Origin: Calditrichia bacterium
GTDB taxonomy: Bacteria; Calditrichota; Calditrichia; RBG-13-44-9
Assembly (NCBI GenBank): GCA_037381445.1
Contig: JARRQT010000119.1
Coordinates: forward strand, 1 to 10,149
Length of the DNA: 10,149 nt
Direction: 5' to 3'
Part shown: piece by piece, positions 1 to 7,764 of the stretch
Layout of the letters: each line of letters opens with the position of its first letter
Numbering within the stretch: the stretch's first letter is position 1
Translations under genes and position numbers: made by a program
Notes under the pieces: generated by a model
The model's input: the letters and a program-made list of their open reading frames with translations, nothing else
The model's database searches: none
Told to the model about the DNA's origin: nothing

Positions 1-18
1 TTTTTGCCATAACAAGAT

Positions 19-92
19 GGCGGCGTAGCTCAGTTGGTCAGAGCATCGGAATCATAATCCGAGTGTCCGGGGTTCAAATCCCTGCGCCGCTA
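19..92 (+). tRNA. tRNA with CAU anticodon, most likely elongator tRNA-Met; CCA not encoded
   Basis: Full cloverleaf read by eye: acceptor GGCGGCG(19-25)/CGCCGCT(85-91), D-stem GCTC/GAGC, anticodon stem TCGGA/TCCGA with loop ATCATAA (CAT at 53-55), T-arm CGGGG-TTCAAAT-CCCTG, discriminator A92 followed by CTC. G1-U72 and the absence of three G-C pairs at the end of the anticodon stem argue against initiator fMet. The GGCGG acceptor (G4:C69) resembles elongator Met rather than Ile2. Confidence 0.95.
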
Positions 93-115
93 CTCTTTTT
101 TAACCTGCCTCAGAT

Positions 116-1513
116 ATGAAAGACAATCTTAAAAGCCGCTTCATTGAATTTTCTCTCAGAAAACAGCTTTTTGAAGAAAATGACAATGTGCTGGTGGCGG
201 TGAGCGGCGGTGTGGATTCCATGGTTTTGCTCCACCTGCTGAACAGCTGGCGCCGGCGCCTGAAAATAAATCTTGGCATCATTCATCTTCATCATTGCAT
301 CCGCGGCCCGGCGGCTGAAGCAGACTATCGCTTTGTCAAAGAGACCGCGGACAGCCTGACCCTGCCCTTTTACTTCATCCGCCGCTCGATCCCCGAATTC
401 GCCGAAGAACACCGTTTGTCTTTGGAGGAGGCCGGGCATCAAATTCGGGAAAGCGAGTTCGAGAAACTTGCCTCCGAAAAAGGATATCAAAAAATTGCCA
501 CCGCCCATCACATGGACGACCAGGCGGAAACCATTTTAATGAGGCTTCTTTCCGGCAGTGGGATTCAGGGGCTGGCAGGAATCCGTCTGCGGAAAGGTAA
601 GTGGGTAAGGCCGCTGTTATTCGCCGCCAGAAGCGAAATAGAATATTATGCCGCGAATAACTCTGTCAAATTTCAAACCGATGCGACCAATGAAGATGTT
701 TCCATCCTGAGAAATAAAATTCGCCATGAATTATTACCTGTTCTGAAAACCGGATATGATGCGCAGGCTGTTCAGCATCTGGCACAGATTTCGTCCGTTC
801 TGGAAGAATGGGACACCTATCTGAACGCAGCTATTGATGAACTCCGGGCGAAAGGGATTTTGCGGATTTCCAAAAATAAAATGAGCCTTGAAATACCGGG
901 ATTTAAGCTCTATTTTTCGTGGATAAAAATCCGGCTGATCGAACGTATGCTCAGCATGCTTTCCGGAGAGCCGGAGAAGGTTGCATATAATAAATTTGCC
1001 GATTTCCTCCACTGGCTTGATCAGGGCAGGATTGGTTCCCGTTTCAGCTGGAGTTCATCCATTGAATCTGCGAAGCAAAAAGATCTGGTAATTTTTTACA
1101 GGACAGAGTACGATTCCGGAACCGGCAATAGTGTCGAAATTTATCCCGGAGCCTGGTATCAGACTCCGGCGAGCGGCATCAAATTAAATATTTCTGAAGT
1201 GGATTGGGATGAAGTTCAATTCCATTCCGACAAAAGTGAAGAATTTATTAACGGAACTGAATTGCAGTTTCCGTTGTTTGTCCGGCAATGGCAGCCAGGC
1301 GACCGCTTCAGGCCCCTGGGAAGCCAGCATTCAAGGCTGGTAAGCGATTATCTCACAGATATGAAAATTGGCCAGCCGGAAAAAAGCAGGATTTGTGTCC
1401 TGTTAAATAAAAATGAGATTGTGGCAATTGTTGGCGTTCAGATTAATGATCGCTATAAGGTGCAAAAAAGGGACAATAAAATATATCGTTTAATCTTAGC
1501 AACGGAAGGGTAA
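116..1513 (+). CDS. tilS: tRNA(Ile)-lysidine synthetase (long form with C-terminal domains)
   Basis: 465 aa. PP-loop AVSGGVDS, ATAHHMDDQAET, RPLL, DATN and RNKIRH motifs, plus a C-terminal 'VRQWQPGDRFRPLG' TilS_C-type motif. Classic tilS-hpt-ftsH synteny. Confidence 0.95.
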   Translation: MKDNLKSRFIEFSLRKQLFEENDNVLVAVSGGVDSMVLLHLLNSWRRRLKINLGIIHLHHCIRGPAAEADYRFVKETADSLTLPFYFIRRSIPEFAEEHRLSLEEAGHQIRESEFEKLASEKGYQKIATAHHMDDQAETILMRLLSGSGIQGLAGIRLRKGKWVRPLLFAARSEIEYYAANNSVKFQTDATNEDVSILRNKIRHELLPVLKTGYDAQAVQHLAQISSVLEEWDTYLNAAIDELRAKGILRISKNKMSLEIPGFKLYFSWIKIRLIERMLSMLSGEPEKVAYNKFADFLHWLDQGRIGSRFSWSSSIESAKQKDLVIFYRTEYDSGTGNSVEIYPGAWYQTPASGIKLNISEVDWDEVQFHSDKSEEFINGTELQFPLFVRQWQPGDRFRPLGSQHSRLVSDYLTDMKIGQPEKSRICVLLNKNEIVAIVGVQINDRYKVQKRDNKIYRLILATEG

Positions 1514-2058
1514 TGGAACCACAAGAATTGAAAATCGATGATATGAATTTTGAGATATTAATCAGTAGTGAAAAACTGCAGAGGAGAGTGCAGGAAATCG
1601 CAGACGAAATTTCGAAAGAGTATGAAGGCAAGACACCCATTTTTGTTGGGGTGCTGAACGGGGCGGTATTGTTTTTGGCCGATCTTATCCGTAAACTTTC
1701 TGTGGAATGTGAGATGGATTTTATTAAAATATCCAGTTACGGGAATGAGCGGGTTTCATCGGGACAGATCACCATGATTAAAGATTTCAGCGCCGATTTG
1801 CATGGCCGTGATGTTATTGTTGTGGAAGATATCGTGGACTCCGGGCTTTCCGTGACCTATCTGAAACAAAGAATTGAAAGTATGAAACCTGCCAGCGTAA
1901 AATTTGTATCATTATTGGTCAAAAAAGACTGCGCTGTTGTGCCTCTGAAAATTGACTACATCGGCTACGAAATTGATAATAAATTTGTCATAGGTTACGG
2001 ACTGGACCTTGCGCAGAAAAAAAGAAATTTGAATGCAATCTATCAGATTAAGGAGTAG
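1513..2058 (+). CDS. hpt: Hypoxanthine(-guanine) phosphoribosyltransferase
   Basis: 181 aa. GVLNGAVLFLADL, SSY loop, PRPP-binding VEDIVDSG and FVIGYGLD motifs. The start overlaps the tilS stop (TAATG, 1511-1515). Confidence 0.97.
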   Translation: MEPQELKIDDMNFEILISSEKLQRRVQEIADEISKEYEGKTPIFVGVLNGAVLFLADLIRKLSVECEMDFIKISSYGNERVSSGQITMIKDFSADLHGRDVIVVEDIVDSGLSVTYLKQRIESMKPASVKFVSLLVKKDCAVVPLKIDYIGYEIDNKFVIGYGLDLAQKKRNLNAIYQIKE

Positions 2059-2085
2059 TATCAATTAATAAAAGGTAATCCATAC

Positions 2086-4269
2086 ATGAATCAAAATAAA
2101 AAACCTAAATTTAATGGAAAAAGGCCGCAGTTGCCCAAGCGGGGCAACCAGGATAACAACGATTTCCAGTGGAAAAAGGGGTCCAAAACCATTCTGATCT
2201 GGATCGTTATTATCATGGCCATTATTCTGTTAACTTCTATTTTTCCGATGGGAAAAACTCAAGAAAGAAGCGTCCCCTATTCCAAATATCAGTATTTCCT
2301 GGACAATGATATGATCCTGAAGGGGGAAGTAGTCACCAGCGAAAATGAGTTTCGCGGAACATTAAAAAAGCCGTTTCAGGATGTCCTTCCCAATGGAAAA
2401 ACCATAGAATACACCAAATTTAAAACAATTCTTCCTTTTGTGGACAAAGAGATGGTTAAGCAATGGGAAGCTAAAAATATTGCCATTGAATTCGTGAAAC
2501 CGTCCAGTGAATGGCTGGTTTTTCTGGGTAATTTTCTCCCCTGGATATTGCTGATTGCTTTCTGGGTCTTCCTTGCCCGCCGGATGCAGGGCGGAGGAGG
2601 TGGCGGCGGCCGCAATATATTCTCCTTTGGTAAAAGCAAAGCGAAGATGATGATGGAAAGCGAAACCAAAGTCACCTTCGATGACGTTGCCGGGTGTGAT
2701 GAAGCCAAGGAAGAATTGCAGGAGATTATCGAATTTTTAAAAAGCCCGGCCAAATTTAATCGTTTGGGTGGTAAAATCCCCAAAGGCGCATTGCTGCTTG
2801 GCCCTCCCGGAACCGGAAAAACCCTCTTGGCCCGTGCAGTTGCCGGTGAAGCTGGTGTTCCGTTCTTCAGTATGAGCGGTGCTGATTTTGTGGAAATGTT
2901 TGTGGGCGTGGGCGCCAGCCGCGTGCGGGACTTATTCGAAACCGGCCATAAGCATGCACCCGGCATCATCTTTATTGATGAAATTGATGCCGTGGGAAGG
3001 CAGCGTGGCGCCGGACTCGGCGGCGGTCATGACGAACGTGAGCAGACGCTGAATGCGCTCCTGGTAGAAATGGATGGTTTTGACACAAAAGAAGGTTTGA
3101 TTATTCTGGCGGCAACCAACCGTCCCGATGTGCTTGATGCAGCGCTGCTGCGTCCTGGACGTTTTGACCGGCAGATTGTTGTGGACCGGCCCGATGTCCG
3201 CGGACGGGAAGGCATTCTCAAGGTCCACACCAAAGGCATTCCGCTTTCCAAGGATGTAGATCTGAAAGTGATTGCCAAGGGGACCCCCGGCCTGGCTGGT
3301 GCAGAACTTGCCAATCTGGTGAATGAGGCCGCGCTTTATGCCGCGCGAACCAACAGCGATGCCGTGAATATGGAGCATTTTGAAGCGGCCAAAGACAAGG
3401 TTATGATGGGGATGGAACGAAAGAGCATGATCATCAGCGAGGAAGAAAAGCGAAGCACGGCATACCATGAAAGCGGGCACGTGCTGGTGGCTAAATTGAT
3501 TCCCGGATCCGATCCGGTCCATAAGGTAACCATTATTCCGCGTGGACGGGCATTGGGAGTGACCTCCTATCTGCCGATTGACGAGCGGCATAATTATTCG
3601 AAAGAATATCTGGAAATCCGCTTATGCCATCTTCTTGGAGGCCGGGTGGCGGAAAAACTGGTAATGAACCAGTTGACTACCGGCGCCGGGAATGACATAG
3701 AACGCGCCACCGATCTTGCCCGCAAGATGGTCTGTGATTGGGGGATGAGCGAAAAATTGGGTCCGGTAACTTTCGGAAAAAAGGATGAAGAAATTTTCCT
3801 GGGACGTGAAATCGCTCAGCATCGTGATTTCAGCGAAAAAACCGCTCAGGAAATTGATGAAGAAGTTCGTGACATTATTTCAAAAGCCGAAGAAAAAACG
3901 AAAAAACTGCTATCAGAAAACATGGAAAATCTCCATAATCTGGCCCGTATTCTATTGGAGCGTGAAATTTTGGATGGTGATGAAATTGATATGATTCTGG
4001 AGGGCAAGGAGCTTCCGGAAAAGCAGGCAACAAATCTGATATCGAAGGAAAGGACGCGGCGTACCTCCCGTAAGAAGGAATCGCCGCTGCAGGAAGACCT
4101 GCTGCCGTCCGAAGGCGGGCAGAAGAATGACGATGGGGATTCTGCCGATATCGCTTCCGCTCAAAAAGAGGCTTCCTCCCGAGAGAAATCCGGTGGAAAT
4201 GCCGATAGTGAGAAGAAAACAGCGACGGCTTCCAGGCGGAAAACCAGCCAGCCCAAAGCAAAAGAATGA
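2086..4269 (+). CDS. ftsH: ATP-dependent zinc metalloprotease FtsH
   Basis: 727 aa. Two TM helices, Gly-rich linker, Walker A GPPGTGKT, pore motif FVG, Walker [30 protein letters not shown] and Zn motif HESGH. SD-like AAAGGT at 2071-2076. Confidence 0.99.
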   Translation: MNQNKKPKFNGKRPQLPKRGNQDNNDFQWKKGSKTILIWIVIIMAIILLTSIFPMGKTQERSVPYSKYQYFLDNDMILKGEVVTSENEFRGTLKKPFQDVLPNGKTIEYTKFKTILPFVDKEMVKQWEAKNIAIEFVKPSSEWLVFLGNFLPWILLIAFWVFLARRMQGGGGGGGRNIFSFGKSKAKMMMESETKVTFDDVAGCDEAKEELQEIIEFLKSPAKFNRLGGKIPKGALLLGPPGTGKTLLARAVAGEAGVPFFSMSGADFVEMFVGVGASRVRDLFETGHKHAPGIIFIDEIDAVGRQRGAGLGGGHDEREQTLNALLVEMDGFDTKEGLIILAATNRPDVLDAALLRPGRFDRQIVVDRPDVRGREGILKVHTKGIPLSKDVDLKVIAKGTPGLAGAELANLVNEAALYAARTNSDAVNMEHFEAAKDKVMMGMERKSMIISEEEKRSTAYHESGHVLVAKLIPGSDPVHKVTIIPRGRALGVTSYLPIDERHNYSKEYLEIRLCHLLGGRVAEKLVMNQLTTGAGNDIERATDLARKMVCDWGMSEKLGPVTFGKKDEEIFLGREIAQHRDFSEKTAQEIDEEVRDIISKAEEKTKKLLSENMENLHNLARILLEREILDGDEIDMILEGKELPEKQATNLISKERTRRTSRKKESPLQEDLLPSEGGQKNDDGDSADIASAQKEASSREKSGGNADSEKKTATASRRKTSQPKAKE

Positions 4270-4285
4270 TTTTCATAAAAAATTG

Positions 4286-4318
4286 AAGGAGCCGGGATTA
4301 CAGACCCGGCTCTTTTTT
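4286..4318 (+). terminator. Rho-independent terminator downstream of ftsH
   Basis: Perfect 8-bp stem GAGCCGGG(4289-4296)/CCCGGCTC(4305-4312), 8-nt loop, followed by TTTTTT (4313-4318). Confidence 0.85.
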
Positions 4319-4320
4319 AT

Positions 4321-4325
4321 AGGAG
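4321..4325 (+). promoter_or_regulatory. Shine-Dalgarno site of folE
   Basis: AGGAG ending 7 nt before the ATG at 4333. Confidence 0.8.
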
Positions 4326-4332
4326 ACTCGAA

Positions 4333-4878
4333 ATGGATCAGGAGAAAATCGCCAGAGGTGTGCACCTTATCCTGGAAGGGATCGGAGAAAATCCGGAGCG
4401 AGAAGGCTTGAAAGAGACTCCCCGGCGCCTGGCAGAAATGTATGAAGAGATACTGGGCGGAATCCATCAGAAACCCGGGCTGGAAGCGGGATTTTCCGAG
4501 GAAGTTGGAGATGATATGATTCTGATAAAAGCTATCCCCTTTTATTCCATGTGCGAACATCACCTCCTGCCCTTTTTCGGCAAAGTTCACCTCGCATATA
4601 TTCCCCGGGATAACAAAGTTGCGGGCTTCTCCTCCTTCACACGTCTGGTGGACGTGTTTTCCCGGCGCCTGCAAATCCAGGAGCGGCTCACCCATCAGAT
4701 TGCCGAAGAGATTATGAAAAATCTAAATCCCCGCGGAGTGCTGGTGGTTGTGGAGGCCCAGCAACTGTGCGTGAGCATGCGGGGATCGAAAAAGGATGCC
4801 GTGAGAACGGTCACTCAGGCAGTCCGCGGGGAAATATCGCTGGAAAGGATGCAGATAAATCATCTTTTTCATGAATAA
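4333..4878 (+). CDS. folE: GTP cyclohydrolase I (FolE) family protein with atypical active-site residues
   Basis: 181 aa. REGLKETPRR, SMCEHHLLPF, RRLQIQERLT and CVSMRG motifs. Zn ligands C74/H77/C146 are retained, but GLSK reads GFSS and EAxHxC reads EAQQLC. Confidence 0.9.
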   Translation: MDQEKIARGVHLILEGIGENPEREGLKETPRRLAEMYEEILGGIHQKPGLEAGFSEEVGDDMILIKAIPFYSMCEHHLLPFFGKVHLAYIPRDNKVAGFSSFTRLVDVFSRRLQIQERLTHQIAEEIMKNLNPRGVLVVVEAQQLCVSMRGSKKDAVRTVTQAVRGEISLERMQINHLFHE

Positions 4879-4965
4879 AAAATTTTCTCCTCTCCTGGCC
4901 TTCATGTTTTATTTAAATTGCCATGAATTAATTTAGGTTGTACTCCAGCTGCATCCGGGGTTTAA

Positions 4966-6588
4966 ATGGATAAATGGATTGTTTTTTTATCGGGTAATGT
5001 TCCCGGCGGTTTTTTTCTTTTATTACTTCTTTTAGTGGTCACCTTCCTGATCCTTCTGTTTATGTACAGAGTGAATGAGTTGTTTACCCGCCGGCATTTT
5101 GTACGGTGGTCGGTCTTTGGTTTGCTGCTTTTCACCGGGATTTACACCGGAATATGGCTGGCGAATCCTCCTCACTTTCTCTATAAGCGCTATACGGTTG
5201 GGCTAATTCAGTCCAACTCGAAAAATAATTGGCTGGGAGAATACTTCACGGATCTTCTCGGTAATTCGCTGCAGCCGTTTAAGGACCGGAAAGACTATTT
5301 CTTTCCGCAGGACTGGTTTTACCGCATGACCCCGTCAGATTCCGCGAACAATTCCAATTTTATGATAAATGCTTATATCAACATGCCCATGCAGAAGGTG
5401 CTCTCGGGGAAAATTGAGCGGAATGGAGACACTTTCAATGCCAGCCTTCGGTTGCAGGAGTTTCCCTCCGGCAAAGTCATTAAGAGAGAGGAGAGCCGGT
5501 TTGATTTTCAAAATCTCAGAGAATTCGTGACCTGGGCACAGAATAATTTTGGCAGGGACTTCCCTTTCAAAAATAATATTAAGATCGCAAAATTCCAGGA
5601 ATCGGACAGCGTGCTGGTTTTGGCAAAACATCTTTTTTATGAGCGCCGTTACCGGGAAGCGAAAGATGTTCTGCAATCAACAGGTAATGTCTCAAGGACA
5701 GATCCGGATTTTGAGCTGTGGTCTCAGTTCATCCGCATCCGCTTGGCGGGGGAAGAAAGTCTGGAATCCTGGACCGGCAACGCCTATATAAAAACGGTTC
5801 TGCCGTGGCAGAAGGAAATGGAATCCGCTCGCAATAAAATACTGGAAAGAATCAGGGATGGGGCGCAAAGCCCCATGGCAGACCTGATGGTCGCGGAAAG
5901 CTACATCTGGGAAGAGAATTATGGCGCTGCTGAGGTGTTTTTGAAAAAGATGTATTCCGAGAATCCCTTTCAGATCGATGTTTTGCTGAATCTTACCTTT
6001 CTGCACCCCTCCCGCTACCGTGATCTGGGTTTTAAACGAACCAGCGAGATTTACAAGCAGGTTCTCATTTATTGTCCGGTGGAAGAGGCCATTCTGTTGA
6101 AATGGAGCGACCTGGTTTTGAAAGGCAATCCTGCCTACACCTCGCCACCCGAAGTTGCCAAAGAATTTATCGGGCGCTACCTGGCGATAAATCCCTATTC
6201 GCCCAAAGTGTGGCTGATGCTGGGAAAGATTTATGCTCAGCAGCGCCTGCGGCCCGATGCGCTGAAAGCATATCTGAAAGCAGATTCGCTGCAGCCCGGT
6301 GACGGCCTTATCAATTATAACATCGGCGTTTTGTACTATGAGTGGGAGAAAATGGATAAAGCGCAGCATTATTTCGATCTCTCCATTCAATATGATGATT
6401 ACCTGGATTCCCACCTCTATCTGGGCGCCATTTACCGCGATAAGGGAGATTTTAAGGCGGCATTGAAAGAATTTAGATACCGGGTGGCGCACCGGCAGGG
6501 GCAGAACGATGAATATGCCGATCAGGCCATGAAAGGAATCCGTGAATGCCTGGAAGCATTGGGGCAACTGAAACAGCAGGGGAATTAG
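4966..6588 (+). CDS. Membrane-anchored tetratricopeptide-repeat protein with a probable TolB-N/FlgO-like alpha/beta domain; function unknown
   Basis: 540 aa. Two N-terminal hydrophobic helices. The segment 'WLGEYFTDLL...VLSGKIERNGDTFNASLRLQEFPSGKV' resembles TolB-N-like domains. C-terminal TPR-like repeats (VWLMLGKIY..., INYNIGVLYY..., SHLYLGAIY...). Confidence 0.75.
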   Translation: MDKWIVFLSGNVPGGFFLLLLLLVVTFLILLFMYRVNELFTRRHFVRWSVFGLLLFTGIYTGIWLANPPHFLYKRYTVGLIQSNSKNNWLGEYFTDLLGNSLQPFKDRKDYFFPQDWFYRMTPSDSANNSNFMINAYINMPMQKVLSGKIERNGDTFNASLRLQEFPSGKVIKREESRFDFQNLREFVTWAQNNFGRDFPFKNNIKIAKFQESDSVLVLAKHLFYERRYREAKDVLQSTGNVSRTDPDFELWSQFIRIRLAGEESLESWTGNAYIKTVLPWQKEMESARNKILERIRDGAQSPMADLMVAESYIWEENYGAAEVFLKKMYSENPFQIDVLLNLTFLHPSRYRDLGFKRTSEIYKQVLIYCPVEEAILLKWSDLVLKGNPAYTSPPEVAKEFIGRYLAINPYSPKVWLMLGKIYAQQRLRPDALKAYLKADSLQPGDGLINYNIGVLYYEWEKMDKAQHYFDLSIQYDDYLDSHLYLGAIYRDKGDFKAALKEFRYRVAHRQGQNDEYADQAMKGIRECLEALGQLKQQGN

Positions 6589-6591
6589 CTG

Positions 6592-7764
6592 ATGATCCGG
6601 TGGCTGCAATCCAGCTTGATGCGAGATTATATCGAAGAAATCCGTAATATCAATCCGGGAGCCGCCGATTCTTCTATGGCTGATTTTCTGAATCCTGCCC
6701 TGATGCTGAAATTCAGCGGGTATTCCGTTGAACAGCATGAGATCCTCCAAAACATATCTCGCAGGCTAAATTTCCCGTTTTGGAAAGGGAGAGAAGGACG
6801 AGAGAAAGAGATTATTATTTCTTTTCCCAACTGGAATGCCGTCCTGCAAAATTTCTCTGCGGCAGAAAATTTTCCTCATTACCTCAAAGATGAATTAGAT
6901 ATTTTACATAATAATATTTCTATAAATCGCTGGAATTACCGACTCCCGGGCGGCAGAATGCTAATTATTGATCGGCCGCTGATCATGGGCATATTGAATG
7001 TGACACCTGATTCCTTTTCCGACGGCGGTCAATTTTTTGATCCGGAGGCGGCGCTCAGGCATGCGATGGAAATGACGGAGGCGGGGGCGGATATTATTGA
7101 TATCGGTGCCGAATCCACCCGACCGGGCGCCGGAGCAGTCGCAATGGAAGAAGAATGGCAGCGGGTAGAACCGGTGCTGCGGGGATTGCGGAAAAGTATA
7201 GGGAAGCCCGTTTCAATCGATACCCATAAAGCGGAAATTGCGCGGCGTTCCGTTGCAGAAGGCGCTGATATCATAAATGATATCAGCGGGCTGACTTTTG
7301 ACCCTGAAATGGCGGAGGTCGCCGCGGAGGCAGATGTTCCGGTTGTTATCATGCACATCAAGGGAACGCCCCGGGATATGCAGAAGCATCCAACATATGA
7401 AAACCTGATGGAAGAGATTACTGCATTCTTTGAGCGTCAAACCAAATACGCAATTTCTTCGGGAATCGCGAAGATAATTTTGGATCCTGGGCTGGGATTC
7501 GGCAAGCGTTTTGAGGACAATTATGAATTGATCCGTCGATTGGGGGAATTCCGCGCGTTTGGTTTTCCGCTGCTGGCGGGTCCATCACGAAAATCTTTCA
7601 TTGGCCGGGTTGCCGGGAATACACCGCTGGATAAAATGCTGGGAACAGGTGCGGCCTGCGCGATGGCGGTTTCCAATGGCGGTCACATCCTAAGAGTCCA
7701 CGATGTGGATGAAATTCAAAGAATAGTGAAAGTCAGCGAAGCGGTTCGAAAAAACAAAGCATAG
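6592..7764 (+). CDS. folP: Dihydropteroate synthase with an N-terminal extra domain of about 115-125 aa
   Basis: 390 aa. MGILNVTPDSFSDGG, IDIGAESTRPG, SIDT, INDISG, MH, DPGLGFGK, GPSRKSF and RVHDV are all intact. The DHPS core begins near residue 128. Confidence 0.96.
   Translation: MIRWLQSSLMRDYIEEIRNINPGAADSSMADFLNPALMLKFSGYSVEQHEILQNISRRLNFPFWKGREGREKEIIISFPNWNAVLQNFSAAENFPHYLKDELDILHNNISINRWNYRLPGGRMLIIDRPLIMGILNVTPDSFSDGGQFFDPEAALRHAMEMTEAGADIIDIGAESTRPGAGAVAMEEEWQRVEPVLRGLRKSIGKPVSIDTHKAEIARRSVAEGADIINDISGLTFDPEMAEVAAEADVPVVIMHIKGTPRDMQKHPTYENLMEEITAFFERQTKYAISSGIAKIILDPGLGFGKRFEDNYELIRRLGEFRAFGFPLLAGPSRKSFIGRVAGNTPLDKMLGTGAACAMAVSNGGHILRVHDVDEIQRIVKVSEAVRKNKA

Noticed and set aside
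60..115. tRNA 3' end as an integration (att) site
   Set aside because: I saw no second copy of the tRNA 3' end and no integrase in the window; core genes follow directly.
2590..2610. GGN repeat encoding seven Gly in ftsH as a phase-variable tract
   Set aside because: The codons are mixed, and a Gly-rich linker after TM2 is normal in FtsH.
2376..4411. Several minus-strand and alternate-frame ORFs over ftsH (e.g. 2376-2969, 2932-3591, 3875-4276, 4127-4411)
   Set aside because: They overlap a highly conserved gene and show no independent motifs or start signals.
4901..4946. TTCATG/CATGAA inverted repeat and TTGCCA-17-TACTCC promoter candidate before the TPR gene
   Set aside because: The repeat is short and the -10 match is poor; it cannot be distinguished from chance.
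5692..6750. 352-aa minus-strand ORF
   Set aside because: It is antisense to the TPR gene and the folP 5' end, has no recognisable motifs, and its composition is typical of a shadow ORF.
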